Assembly: GCF_006345805.1 (NCBI RefSeq)
Contig: NC_043020.1
Span: 15,066,001 to 15,130,000 of the forward strand
Source: Octopus sinensis
Lineage: Eukaryota
Reading direction: 5' to 3'
Length of the DNA: 64,000 nucleotides
Part shown: positions 39,775 through 52,899 of the stretch, one piece after another
Layout of the letters: each line of letters begins with the position of its first letter
How positions within the stretch are numbered: the first letter of the stretch is position 1
Position numbers and translations under genes: made by a program
Notes under the pieces: model-generated
The model's input: only the letters and a program-made list of their open reading frames with translations
Told to the model about the DNA's origin: nothing
Database searches by the model: none

Positions 39775-40150
39775 ACTCCACCCATCTAACACCCGTTGAC
39801 ATACCTTTTCAAACTCCACCTGTCTAACACCAGTGGACATATTTACAAAGTCAGAAAACAGCACAGCTCCCATGACTTCAGGAAACATTTTTTCACGCTG
39901 AGAGTTGCTGAAGCATGGAACAAACTGCCGGCATCAGTTGTTAGTTGTCGGAGCACTGCATCCTTCAAAACTTCCATGCTTTCTGAGATTCGCCAACACT
40001 ACACCTGATTTTCTTCCCCTCCATACACACACAAGCATGTATCTGACTCATACATTGTTCGCTTTCCAGACATTTGTACATTACTGCATATACTCTGACA
40101 AGTTGTGGTGCACCTGAGCACTGTATACAATAATTTCATTATTATTATAA
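39775..40150 (+). mobile_element. CR1/L2-group LINE 3' end (same family)
   Basis: LFKLHLSNTSGHIYKVRKQ...EIRQHYT*, with an (ATT)n tail. Directly abuts a truncated piggyBac-type MITE. Confidence 0.85.
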
Positions 40151-40978
40151 GATGGTAGGGTGAGATTTTGAAGAAATTTTGACTGCTATTTCTAACTGGC
40201 TGTATAGTGGCCTATAGCTTCAATGCCTTTCATAATTCTGCTCAGTCAGACTAATTGGGAGAGGAATAGAGGAGAACTGAAAAAAACAATTACAGCAACT
40301 ATAAGGATAGAATTTCTTCTGACAAATATATTAAGTTGACTGGGTAGTGGTAAGGGGAGTAACTAACTTTAAAAGATAATTAAACCTTCAATATTCAGAT
40401 GTATGTAAACTGACCTTACTTCTACTAACATGAAATAAATTGTGAGAAATGATTAAAAAATTGAACAGTGACAATGACATTTTATGACACTGAACTCTCA
40501 TTGTAGGGCTAGAAATGTTGTATATCAAATCTTTGAGTAAAGTATTCAATAATCCCTACCCCTGAAGGTGTACAGAGGAACAATTGGTTATAACAGACCG
40601 GAACAGCTGGTCATGTCAAGTTTAGTGATTGTATGCAATGACAAAATTAATTTACATAATCAATCAGACAGGAGTCTGGTGCAACCTTCCAGCATGCCAG
40701 TCCAGTCAAACAGTCCAGCCCATGCCAGCATGGACAACAGACGTTAAATGATGATGATGATGATGAGATAGACAACTGCCATGAGTGGTGATGTGCCAGA
40801 TAGATCCAAAGTACATGTGGCTCTGTGGTAAGTCGCTTGCTTACCAACCACATAGTTCTGGGTTCAGTCCCACTGTGTGGCACCTTGGGCAAGTGTCTTC
40901 TACTATAGCCTCGGGCTGACCAAAGCCATGTGAGTGGATTTGGTAGACAGAAACTGAAAGAAGCCCGTCATGTATATG

Positions 40979-41026
<48 letters not shown>

Positions 41027-41393
41027 TCCCTCCAACATCGCTTGACAACCAATGCTGGTGCTTTTACATCCCCGTAACTTCGTGGGACTGAACCCAGAAC
41101 CATGTGGTTGGTAAGCAAGCTACTTACCACACAGCCACTCCTGCACCTATATTTATATATATATGAATAGTCAATAAAAAAAAACATTCAAATAACCAAA
41201 AAAAGAAAAAATGAAAAAAAAAGAAAAAAACAATGAACATGGGGACGTGCACAAGAATTATATTAGCTTGATGCTCAGTGAAAGGAGAGAGTTTAACATT
41301 TTGAGCATAGCTCTTCATCAGAAAAGAGAAAAGTGAAAGTCCAAAGAAGGAGGAGAAGAAGAAATTGTCAATGGGCCACATGTTGTTACACAT

Positions 41394-41425
<32 letters not shown>

Positions 41426-41681
41426 AGAACAGATAAGAGAAGTGAGGTCGAGAATAAACATTTATTCCATACATTTACAGCTGTTTCATAATTTTGTAAG
41501 TTATGTGCATATAAATTATACACATAAATACATATATAAATAAATATATATATGTGTGTGTGTGTGTACACCCATACATACAATGGTGCTGGGAAGTAAA
41601 CTAACAGATTAATCCTCAGAATGATATATGGTAGTTGAAAACAGCAAGTCTACTACAGAGGGTAAGCTGACCCTATAGACC

Positions 41682-41701
<20 letters not shown>

Positions 41702-41734
<33 letters not shown>

Positions 41735-41792
41735 ATATATGTATATAGATATATATATATATATATATTTGTATAATTATCTATATATATAT

Positions 41793-41833
<41 letters not shown>

Positions 41834-41844
41834 ATATATATTTG

Positions 41845-41875
<31 letters not shown>

Positions 41876-42108
41876 ATATTGTATATATATTTGTATATGT
41901 ATATGTATATATTATATATATATATGATATGTGTATATATATATATATATATGTATGTGTATATATATATATATATATGTATGTATATTATGTTTATATA
42001 TATATGTATATATATGTTTATATAATATGTAATTATGTTATATATATATGTAGATTATGTTTATATATATATATGTATATATATGTGTATATATATATGT
42101 ATATATAT

Positions 42109-42147
<39 letters not shown>

Positions 42148-42174
42148 ATATATAATATATATATATATATATAT

Positions 42175-42257
<83 letters not shown>

Positions 42258-42550
42258 TATATATATATATAGATATATTATATATATATATATATATATA
42301 GATATATATATATATGATATATATAGATATATATATCATATTATCATCATCATCATCATTATTATTATTATTAGATTATCATCATCATCAGATCATCATC
42401 ATCATCATATCATCATATTATTATTATTGTTATTTATTATTTTAATACTTTAATTTTTATTATTATTATTATTATTAATGTCGTCGTCGTCGTCGTCAGA
42501 TCATCATCATATATTATATTAGTATATTATATATATATTATTATTATATT

Positions 42551-42605
<55 letters not shown>

Positions 42606-42668
42606 TATATATATAGATATATATATAGATATATATATAGATATAGATATAGATATATATATATATAT

Positions 42669-42708
<40 letters not shown>

Positions 42709-42761
42709 TATATATATAGATATATATATATATCTATATATATATATATAGATATATATAT

Positions 42762-42806
<45 letters not shown>

Positions 42807-42825
42807 TATATATATATATATATAT

Positions 42826-42858
<33 letters not shown>

Positions 42859-42906
42859 TATATATATATAGATATATATATAGTATATATATATAGATAT
42901 ATATAT

Positions 42907-42983
<77 letters not shown>

Positions 42984-43010
42984 GATATATATATATATTA
43001 TTATATATAT

Positions 43011-43043
<33 letters not shown>

Positions 43044-43150
43044 TATATATATATATATATATAGATATATATATATATAGATATATATATATATATATAT
43101 ATCTATATATATATATATATATATAGATATATTATATATTATATATATAT
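41702..43150. repeat. (AT)n/(ATAG)n block with an internal (ATC)/(ATT) segment
   Basis: About 1.45 kb low-complexity tract. Confidence 0.95.
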
Positions 43151-44426
43151 ACAACACCACACACACACACACACACAAACATACATATATAATCCACCAT
43201 AATAGATGTATTCAGCATGTTACCATTTATGATTTGCTTGAAAAGAATAGTTACCATATATCATTCAAATTCAAAGAGAGAAGCTGTAGATTAATATAGT
43301 AAAGTCAGAAATAAAAGAAAAAAAATTAAAAATTAAAATAATCAGAAAAGTAAAAATGTAAATAACAAAATAGGTTTTCAAAGAAATTGGTTTCAAAGGA
43401 AGATATGGTTACTAAGTTAGAAGTATTTTCCAAAGAAAGATACGTTGACCATGATAATATTAATTTAGATCACTGGTTCTCAACAAGGGTCTATATGATC
43501 TGGGTGTCCATCTAAAATTTTTGAGGGTTCACAAATGTAAAATAGTAAATCGTGAATCCATGGTAGTGTTTTCAGGGGACCATGGACACATTTTACTTTA
43601 GATATTTTTTTTGTGAGGGTAAAGACTCATGGCTCAGTGGTTAGAGCATCAGGCTACAATCATGAGATAGTAAGTTCAATTCCTGGACTGGACTGTTTTT
43701 TTGTGTTCTTGGACAAGACACTTTATTTCACATTGCTCCAGTTCACTCAGCTGTAGAAATGAGTTGTGACATCACTTGTACCAAGCTGTATAGGCCTTTG
43801 TCTTTCCTTTGGATAATATCAGTGGTGTGTAAAGGGGACGCTGATATGCATGGACAACTGCTGGTCTTCCATGAACAACCTTGCCTGAACTTGTGCCTCG
43901 GAGGGTAGCTTTCTAGATGCAATCCCATGGTCATTCATGACTGAAAGAGGTCTTTACCCTTATTTTTTATATTTATTGCAAGAAACAGCTAGGTTTCTTT
44001 CTCTAATGCTTGTAGTTTAAACCCTTTAGTGTTCACTTATTCTCCAAATTAATCCTTTTATCCCATTGTTTTGCAACTAATCATCATTATCTTGTAGCTA
44101 TGAGATTTTGATGAGGTAGCTGTTAATTTTTAAAATGATATTGTAGGGTTGGTGTGAGAGACCAGATCTGGCCAGCTTGACATAAAACAAGCAGAATACT
44201 TTTGGCCGGATATGGCCGGTTTAAATGCTAAAGGGTTAACATGTTTCTGGCCACAGAAAAAAATGTTCTCTTAGAGAGTCTACACAAACCTACGCAAGTA
44301 AATGGGTGAAAAACAAAATAGGAATTTCAAAAGAATTATGTATAAAACTAGTTTTTAAACATTGAATGGCTATGGGGGTCCACAAGAATAAGATAGTAAT
44401 TAAAGTTGTCCATGAGAAAAAATATA

Positions 44427-44801
44427 TCTCTCTCTATATAAAACGGCAGTTTGTTCTGTCTGTGTTTCTGTGTGTCTGTCAGGTTGTACCCTCACCCTGA
44501 CCACGCTTCCAACCGATTTTGATGAAACTTGACACACACATAGCCCATGTCATATTCAAAACTAACGCAACGAAAATTTTGAAAAGTTCCCCCAGTTCTG
44601 AAAAAAATCGATAATTCGACAAGGGGTCGAGAACAGAAACACAAACCACAGACTGTCTAGGGGACGCAACTCGCCTTTTTAACTCTCAAAAAAAAATTAC
44701 CATCATTTTTGTTCCATTTTTTTGCTATTTTTGGCTATAACTCTCTAAAAATGCTTTATTTTTTTTCCCTTACAACCCGAGCACGCCGGGCGAGACGCTA
44801 G
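44427..44801 (+). mobile_element. Non-autonomous Helitron-like element, copy 1
   Basis: 5' TC(TC)TATATAAAA, subterminal GC-rich ccgagc..gccggg segment, 3' CTAG followed by T. Confidence 0.75.
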
Positions 44802-44904
44802 TAAGCATACATATGCCAGGTCAGCTGAAATTGAATTCAGATCGTGAAGTACTGAACAATTACGCAATACATTATATCCGACTCTGCAATAATTTCTCTA
44901 TATA

Positions 44905-45280
44905 TCTCTCTATATATAAACGGCAGTTTGGTCTGTGTACGTGTCTGTGTTGTCGTTAGGTTGTACCCTTACCCTGACCACGGCTTCAAACCGATTCTGA
45001 TGAAACTTGACCACACTACCCAATGTCATAATCAAAACTAACGCAGCGAAAATTTTGAAAAGTCCCCCCAGTTCTGAAAAAGATCGATAATCGACATGGG
45101 GTCGACAATCAGAAACACAAACACAGATGGTCTAGGGTACGCAACTCGACCTTTTTAACTCTAAAAAAAATTTACCATAATTTTTTTCCCATTTTTGCTA
45201 TTTTTTGGCTATAACCTCTCTAAGAATGCTTTATAGTTATTTCCCTTACAAATCCGAGCAACGCCGGGCGATACTGCTAG
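44905..45280 (+). mobile_element. Non-autonomous Helitron-like element, copy 2
   Basis: Near-identical to copy 1; ends acgccgggcgatactgCTAG|T. Confidence 0.8.
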
Positions 45281-45434
45281 TAAACCATAAGTTTAGATCA
45301 GCAGTTCTCAATCATGATCCATATGGCCCCTGAGATTTTAGGGATCCATGCAGCAAATTAGTAAATTGGGGATCCCCAATAGTATTTTAAGGACCCCTGT
45401 AAAAATTTTGCTTTAGATGTATGTATTGCAAGAA

Positions 45435-45873
45435 TGCAATTGTCTTCCCAATAGCAACATATGGATGCGAGACCTGGACACTAAAGAAAGCTGACCAGAA
45501 GAGAATTAATGCATTCGAGCTTTGGTGTTGGAGAAGACTTTTGCGGATTCCATGGACAGCGAGGCTCACCAATGGAGAAGTTCTTAAGCAGATAAGGCCG
45601 AAAATGTTGCTAGAAGCTAGGATCACCAAGCATAGATTGGTATATTTCGGTCATATTATGCAGAGAAAATCCCTGGAGAAGGACATCATGCTTGGAATGG
45701 TCGGTGGCAAGAGAGGAAGAGGCCGACCAAGAACCCGCTGGCTTGACACCATCAAGAGGGATGCTGGAATGGACATAGCCAATCTGAAAGAAGCGGCCCA
45801 GGATAGAACTGACTGGAGGACACTGATCCATCGAGTAACCGAGAGTCGACTTCGACTGAGCGGATAGAGAGAA
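45435..45873 (+). mobile_element. RTE-BovB-like LINE, 5'-truncated 3' end
   Basis: AIVFPIATYGCETWT...FELWCWRRLLRIPWTAR...YFGHIM...GRPRTRWLD...RVTESRLRLSG*. TSD attgcaagaa at 45425-45434 and 45874-45883. Inserted in a hAT-type MITE. Confidence 0.9.
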
Positions 45874-46299
45874 ATTGCAAGAAAACAGCTAGGTTTCTTC
45901 ACCAACATTTTACAGAATTCAACCTATACGAGTTAATATGTGAAAAACGAAATAGGAATTTTGAAAGAAGTTTCTATAAAACTAGTGTTTGAACATTGAA
46001 TGACTATAGGGGCCCACTCGAGTAAAACAGTAATCAAAGGGGTCCATAGATAAAAAAATAGTTGAAAACCGTTAGTTTAGATGAATAATAGAATAAATAA
46101 ATAAATAGATAAATAAATGAATAATGAATAATGAATAAGGCATATAGTCAATAGAAAGAGAGAGAGATAAAAGGAGAACAAAATAAGGCTTAGAATCAAA
46201 TGAGAGTTCAGAAACAGAAAGGAGGGCTTTAGTTGGTTTTGAGGAATGGCAGTGCTTTCTCAAGAACCTTGGTATAGGATCCCTACATGAATATTCTCA

Positions 46300-46610
46300 T
46301 CATCATCGTCATCATCATCGTTTAACGTCCGTTTTCCATGCTAGCATGGGTTGGACGGTTCAACTGGGGTCTGGGAAGCCAGAAGGCTGCACCAGGCTCC
46401 AGTCTGATCTGGCAGTGTTTCTACAGCTGGATACCCTTCCTAACGCCAACCACTCCGTGAGTGTAGTGGGTGCTTTTTACGTGCCACCAGCACAGGTGCC
46501 AGATGGGGCTGGCAAACAGCCACGATCGGATGATGCTTTTTACGTGCCACCGGCACGGGGGCCAGGCGAGGCTGGCAAATGGCCATGGTCGGATGATGCT
46601 TTTTACGTGC
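46300..46610 (-). mobile_element. RTE 3' UTR copy
   Basis: Consensus with three tandem units. Confidence 0.8.
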
Positions 46611-46699
46611 GTGAATAATCACAAACACGTCAGCACACATATTCATACATTCATATGTGAGTATTAACAAGTACAATCATATACTTTTCTCCATACCTA

Positions 46700-46729
46700 T
46701 GTTCACAGACACCACGCACACACACACGT

Positions 46730-46760
<31 letters not shown>

Positions 46761-46789
46761 CGCACACACACACACACACACACACACGT

Positions 46790-46820
<31 letters not shown>

Positions 46821-46878
46821 CACACGCACACACACCACACCAACACACACACCAACGCACACCACCACACACACACGT

Positions 46879-46909
<31 letters not shown>

Positions 46910-46950
46910 CGCACACACACATGCATGTGTGCGCACACTCTCACACACGT
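46700..46950. repeat. (AC)n array
   Basis: Degenerate CA repeat. Similar tracts at 27160-27250 and 34381-34425. Confidence 0.9.
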
Positions 46951-47631
46951 ACAATATATCACAGAGCACTAATTTCAATGTAGTGATATAATACTTGGAG
47001 ATTAATAGTTAATTAATTAACCAAAACGGATTAAAATATTATTTAATTGTCTCAATGCCAAGGACTTACTACATACAAAAAGTATATGGGGAGACAATAT
47101 TCATGCATTTATACTGATACAAGCTAAGATAGGCTACTTTGTTAACGATTATATGAGTTAAGATATTTTCACTATTTTTACTGTTACATAAGTTATAATT
47201 AGGTACAGGTGTGGCTATGTGGTAAAAAGCTTGCTTACCAAACACATGGTTCTGAGTTCAGTCCCACTGCATGGCACCTTGGGCAAGTGTCTTCTACTAT
47301 AGCCTTGGACTGACCAAAGCCTTGTGAGTGGATTTGGTATATGGAAACTGTAAGAAGCCCATCATATATATGTGTATGTGTCTTTGATGTCTGTATCTGT
47401 CCCCATCCCTCCCAACTACTTGACAATCAGAATTGGTGTGTTTACATCCCTGTAACTTAGCAGTTCAGCAAAAGAAACCAATAGAATAAGCACCAGGCAT
47501 TAAAAAAATTAAGTACTGGAGTCAATTCACTTGACTAAAAATTCTTCAAGGTAGTGCCCCAGCATAGCCACAGTCTTATGACTGAAACAAGTGATAGATA
47601 AAAGATAAATGTATATAACGAGATAAAAGGC

Positions 47632-48045
47632 GGCAAGCTGGCAGAATCGTTAGAATGCCGGGCGAAATGCTCAGCGGTATTTCGTCTGTCATTACGTTCT
47701 GAGTTCAAATTCCGCCGAGGTTGACTTTGCCTTTCATCCTTTCGGGGTCAATAAATTAAGTACCAGTTACGCACTGGGGTCGATGTAATTGACTTAATAC
47801 CTATGTCTGTCCTTGTTTGTCCCCTCTGTGTTTAGCTTCTTGTGGGTAATAAAGAAATAGGTATTTTGTCTGTCGTTATGTTCTGAGTTCAAATTCCGCC
47901 GAGGTCGACTTTGCCTTTCATCCTTTCGGGGTCGATAAATTAAGTACCAGTTACGTACTGGGGTCGATGTAATTGACTTAATCCGTTTGTCTGTCCTTGT
48001 TTGTCTCCTCTACGTTTAGCCCCTTGTGGGTAATAAGGAAATAGG
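47632..48045 (+). mobile_element. SINE family C tandem dimer
   Basis: The body repeats after taaagaaataggtatt; the same dimer organisation occurs at 30481-30795. Confidence 0.8.
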
Positions 48046-49162
48046 ATATAACGAGATAAAAGTATATGGATAAATAAACAAATAATTTGTAATTGAATAA
48101 ATAAGATAAGGTAAAATCAGGTGAAACAAAGTGCAGGAAATAAAACCTAAGATCAATCTAAAGAGCCACATTTGGAATAAACTATTTGTATTGTTCAAGC
48201 ACTAGATTATATGTGAGTGGGTAAATAACAGTAAAGGTAAAGAAAGATTAATGGTACAAAATGGACATTGTATAACCGTTGTACCTGAAATATTTGTAGT
48301 TATAGGTGTAGTCGTGGCTGTGTGATAAGTAGCTTGCTTACCAGCCACATGGTTTCGGGTTCAGTCCCACTGTGTGGCACCTTGGGCAAGTGTCTTCTAC
48401 TACAGCCTCGGGCCAACCAAAGCCTTGTGAGTAGATTTGGTAGATGGAAACTGAAAGAAGCCCATTGTATATCATCATCATCATCATCATCATCGTTTAA
48501 CGTCCGCTTTCCATGCTAGCATGGGTTGGACTATATGTATATATGTATATATATATATATACATATGTTTGTGTGTCTGTTTGTCCCTCCAACATCGCTT
48601 GAAAACCGATGCTGGTGTGTTTACATCCCCGTAACTTAGCAGTTCAGCAAAAGAGACCTATAGAATAAGTACTAGGCTTACAAAGAATAAGTCCTGGGGT
48701 CGATTTGCTTGAGTAAAGGTGGTGCTTTAGCATGGCCACAGTCAAATGACTGAAACAAGTAAAAGAGTAAAAGAGTAAAGAGTTAACCAGATGATATTTT
48801 AAAGATCAAAGTTAATCAACAAATCAAAATCCATACATATCAGTATTCCTTAGGGGTAGTGCTGAGCTGGTGATCAAATTAGTTCATTTGAACTGAGATT
48901 AGATAAACTAATTAGGGTAAATTAAGGGAGAAAGAGAAGAAATCTGGAAAAGATGAAGACTGAGGTTATAATGTCTTATAGGAGATATGCATATAAGGTT
49001 TCCAGTTGAAGTATTGTTAATCAAGTATTTAAATAAAGCTGTTATGTTAATATTTTGTATTGTGTTGGAATGACATGCTGTACAAATGCGGGCAATTTAT
49101 TATTATTATTTCATTTGATTTATTATTATTATGTCACCTCTTTGGTTGATAATATTCAGTTT

Positions 49163-49760
49163 TCACTTAAATATTTCATAAGCTTCTGTTATGCCCAAAA
49201 TCCAAACACCGTTACTACCTTTGTATGGCTGTGTCTTACATATAATGGACCACACTATTTTGTGCTTGGATTCCTTTATCAGTAAACATCCAGAGAAAAC
49301 CATCAAAAGATGTAATGTTAATTTTTCTCTCCCTAAAGCTGCAAGTATGGTTATAATATCTACATTTAAATTGAGATAGCCCCAATATAAACATATACAT
49401 TTCCTAGTGCATGTACAGAAACATTTATATACTATGTTGCCACTAACGCAATAACTGTTTAGAGGACACATGGATATATTCCTACAATTACAGAAATAAT
49501 TTACTTGATTAGATAAGATAGGATCACCACTTCCTGTTGTGTTAACATGCATATTATTACTCTGAATCTTAAATCCTGGTGGGCTGATGCTATTATTTAA
49601 TTTAAGTGTCCTAGAAGAAGGGAATTGGGTGTATAGTTTTATGTTGTTGAATCTAAGCTTTGTACAGGGCAACATTTGGTGAAGTAGAATAGACAAGTTT
49701 CACCAAGAATCTTTCTGTATGGTCTAAACGGCAGGAAATGTTTACCCAAGGCTTTAAAAA
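49163..49760 (-). mobile_element. Penelope-like element fragment, GIY-YIG endonuclease region (degenerate)
   Basis: Translation FCNCRNISMCPLNSYCVSGNIVYKC...IVWSIICKTQPYKGSNGVW..ITEAYEI resembles the CNCR..CPL.G.C...N.VY / I.WSI....PY / C.LC..EK pattern of Penelope-like ORFs. Confidence 0.7.
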
Positions 49761-49809
49761 TTCTGCACATTTAATCCAAATGGTGGTGGTGGTGGTGGTG
49801 GTGGTGGTG

Positions 49810-49840
<31 letters not shown>

Positions 49841-49957
49841 TGTGTGTGTATGTGTGTGAATTAAGGCTACCATTGGTTTCATGATAAGAAAAATAGGAAA
49901 ATAATTATTTTAACAATTTTTCAAGTTGATGATGCACAACTTTTCTTCACTTCAGAC

Positions 49958-50202
49958 CAGTGTTTCTCAACTGGGGTCCATATGGCCCTTGGGGGTTCAT
50001 ATAAGATTTTTTGTTAAAGTTTATGTGCAATAAGTTGGTTATACTTTTACAATACACCAAATGTTTCAACTGATTTTTAATAAAATTCCTAATAATATTT
50101 AATTCTAAAAATATCAGAGGATTTTTTTAGACATTGAATGGTCCATCCAAGGAAAATAGGAATCAAAGGGGTCCATAGATAAAAAATGGTTGAGAACCAC
50201 TG
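49958..50202. mobile_element. hAT (Charlie-like) MITE
   Basis: TIRs cagtgtttctcaac / gttgagaaccactg. Fragments of the same family at about 43470-43600, 44250-44420, 45300-46070. Confidence 0.7.
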
Positions 50203-50285
50203 CTTTAATCCTTTAGCATTTAAACCAATCATATCTGGTGAAAATACTCTACTTCTTTAATGCTCAAACTGGCCAAATCTGGTCT

Positions 50286-50487
50286 ATTATAGTTCTATAT
50301 TTAAGAGATGAGGAATTATGTACATTATTTACAGTTGACGGATATTTCTCCTCATCTTGTTTGTTGTTAACACAACGTTTCGGCTGATATACCCTCCAGC
50401 CTTGATGAAGGCTGGAGGGTATATCAGCCGAAACATGTTAACAAACAGGATGAGGACAAATATCCGTCAATTGTAAATAATGTACAT
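50286..50487 (+). mobile_element. Palindromic insertion of a Penelope-like terminal-repeat fragment with degenerate hammerhead core
   Basis: 10-bp TSD aatctggtct (50276-50285, 50488-50497). Inverted arms 50315-50403 and 50408-50490. Contains TTGATGA-A-GGCTG-loop-CAGCC-GAAAC. Confidence 0.6.
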
Positions 50488-50769
50488 AATCTGGTCTCTT
50501 ACACCTACCCTACAATGTCATATTAAAAGTAAACAATCACATCATTGAAACAAAGCATGGTTAATTCAAATCAATGTGAATAAATAAACATTACATTTGA
50601 CAGAATAATCTGAATGCTAAAGGGTCAAACAAAGTCACACTGTGCATGTCATCAGTCATCTTTAAGGATGACTAGAAGTATTTTCAAAATAAGAGAAGGC
50701 TATGGAAAGCTTTAGAAAATAGGGGAATCATTGATAAAAAGCTTCAAACTAAATTAAGTTTCAAAATTA

Positions 50770-51121
50770 TAACGTAAGAGAACCATCCGAACGTGGCTGT
50801 AGCCAGCGCCGCATCAACTGGCCTCCGTGCCCGTGGCACATAAATAACACCATCCGACCATGGCCGTTGCCAGCCTTGCCTGGCCTCTGTGCCAGTGGCA
50901 CATAAAAATCACCATCTGAGCGTGGCCATTCGCCAGCCTCGTCTGGCACCTGCGTCGGTGGCACGTAAAAAGCACCCACTACACTCATGGAGTGGTTGGT
51001 GTTAGGAAGGGCATCCAGCTGTAGAAACACTGCGAGATCTGACTGGGCCTGGTGCAGCCTTCTGGCTTCCCAGACCCCAGTTGAACCGTCCAACCCATGC
51101 CAGCATGGAAAGCGGACGTTA

Positions 51122-51157
<36 letters not shown>
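50770..51157 (+). mobile_element. RTE 3' UTR copy
   Basis: Consensus with tandem units and a long (GAT)n tail. Confidence 0.8.
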
Positions 51158-51158
<1 letters not shown>

Positions 51159-51497
51159 CACAGAATTCCTCATTGCATAAAAGTTTAGCAGCACAAAGCT
51201 TTGTAATGAATGGTGACAAAGAATCTTATAGACAGGAACGGGGAAGCAAGTCTGAGAGTTTTGTAGGATTATTAAAATTCTTGGTAAAGTTTGATTGTCT
51301 CAGAAATGTGAAAATGAACCATCAATGAGTATCCTAGCTTTCTCTCTTAGTATTGAATATATTCAACTTACAGCTTCTCCTGCTCACCACAAATTACTAC
51401 ATACTATCCATTTATATCTGGCCCTCCTGTTTGACTGTATCAGGAGCAAGTAGCATGTTCATTATATTGATATTAATTTTAAGGAGAAAATAATTAC

Positions 51498-51958
51498 TCA
51501 TTACTCTTTTACTTGTTTCGGTCATTTGACTGTGGCCATGCTGGAGCACTGCCTTTAGTCGAGCAAATTGACTCCAGGACTTATTCTTTGTAAGCCGAGT
51601 ACTTATTCTATCGGTCTCTTTTGCTGAATCTCTAAGTTACGGGTACGTAAACATACCAGTATCGGTTGTCAAGCGATGTTGGGGGGACAAACAGTGACAC
51701 ACAAACATATACACACACATGCATATATATATATATATATATATATATAGATATATATATATATATATATATAATATATATATATACATATATACGACGG
51801 GCTTCTTTCAGTTTCCATCTACCAAATCCACTAACAAGGCTTTGGTCGGCCCGAGGCTACAGTAGAAGACACTTGTCCAAGGTGCCACGCTGTGGGACTG
51901 AACTCGGAACCATGTGGTTGGTAAGCAAGCTACTTACCACACAGCCACTACTACACCT
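51498..51958 (-). mobile_element. SINE family B, full-length
   Basis: Consensus on - from head (51958) to (AAAGAGT) tail (51498). Confidence 0.85.
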
Positions 51959-52899
51959 ATTGTTTTTTTTTTGTTTTTCATAAGAGTCTATTCTTGTGAA
52001 GTTATCCAATTAAAAAAAGACATGTGACTGAGTGATTAAGATATTTGGCTCATGATCATTAAGTTGTGAGTTTGATTCTCAGTGGTGTTGTGTCCTTGAG
52101 CAAGACACTTTATTTTGTGTTTCTCCAGTCCACTCCTCAGGCAAAAGTGAGCAGTACTTATAATTCAAAGGACCAGTCTTGTCACATTCTGTGTTATGCT
52201 GAATCTCATTGAGAACTACATTAAGATTACACATACCTGTAGAGTACTCAATGACTTACACATTAATTTCACAAGCAGGCTGTTCTGTTGTTCAGAACCC
52301 TCATTGTCATAACTGATGGAGAGCCAGTTATCCAAATAAAATGAAAAGATGTTATAAACTTGATGGAATAATTTTAGATCAACTTGTGAAAGACAAAATA
52401 TCATCATCATCATCATCATCATCATCATTATCGCTTAACATCCGTTCTCCATGCTAGCATGGGTTGGACGGTTCAACAGGGGATCTGGGAAGCCAGAAGG
52501 CTGCACCAGGCTCCAGTCTGATCTGGCAATGTTTCTACAGCTGGATGCCCTTCCTAACACCAACCACATAAAAATGTCAATCTCAATGCTATGACGAAGC
52601 TGCTAGTATGGCAGGGATAATGAAAAGACTCCAAAGTTATTTCTGTAAACTACAATAATATTTTTCTGAGTTTGTCTGGAATATGTAACATTTATTTTGA
52701 TCTACTGATAGTGTTTTTTTTTTCGGTTAATTCATTTTTTACTTTGTTCAACATACTGCTAGCAAAAGCTGAAATATTCCATCTTGATAGTTGTACTATC
52801 TGCATCTGAAGCCCAGTAGAGTTACAGAATGTAAACTGTAAAACCTGTCCATGGGAACTTTAAAAATATTGTGGAACTGTTGCAAAGTATGGCTCAGTA

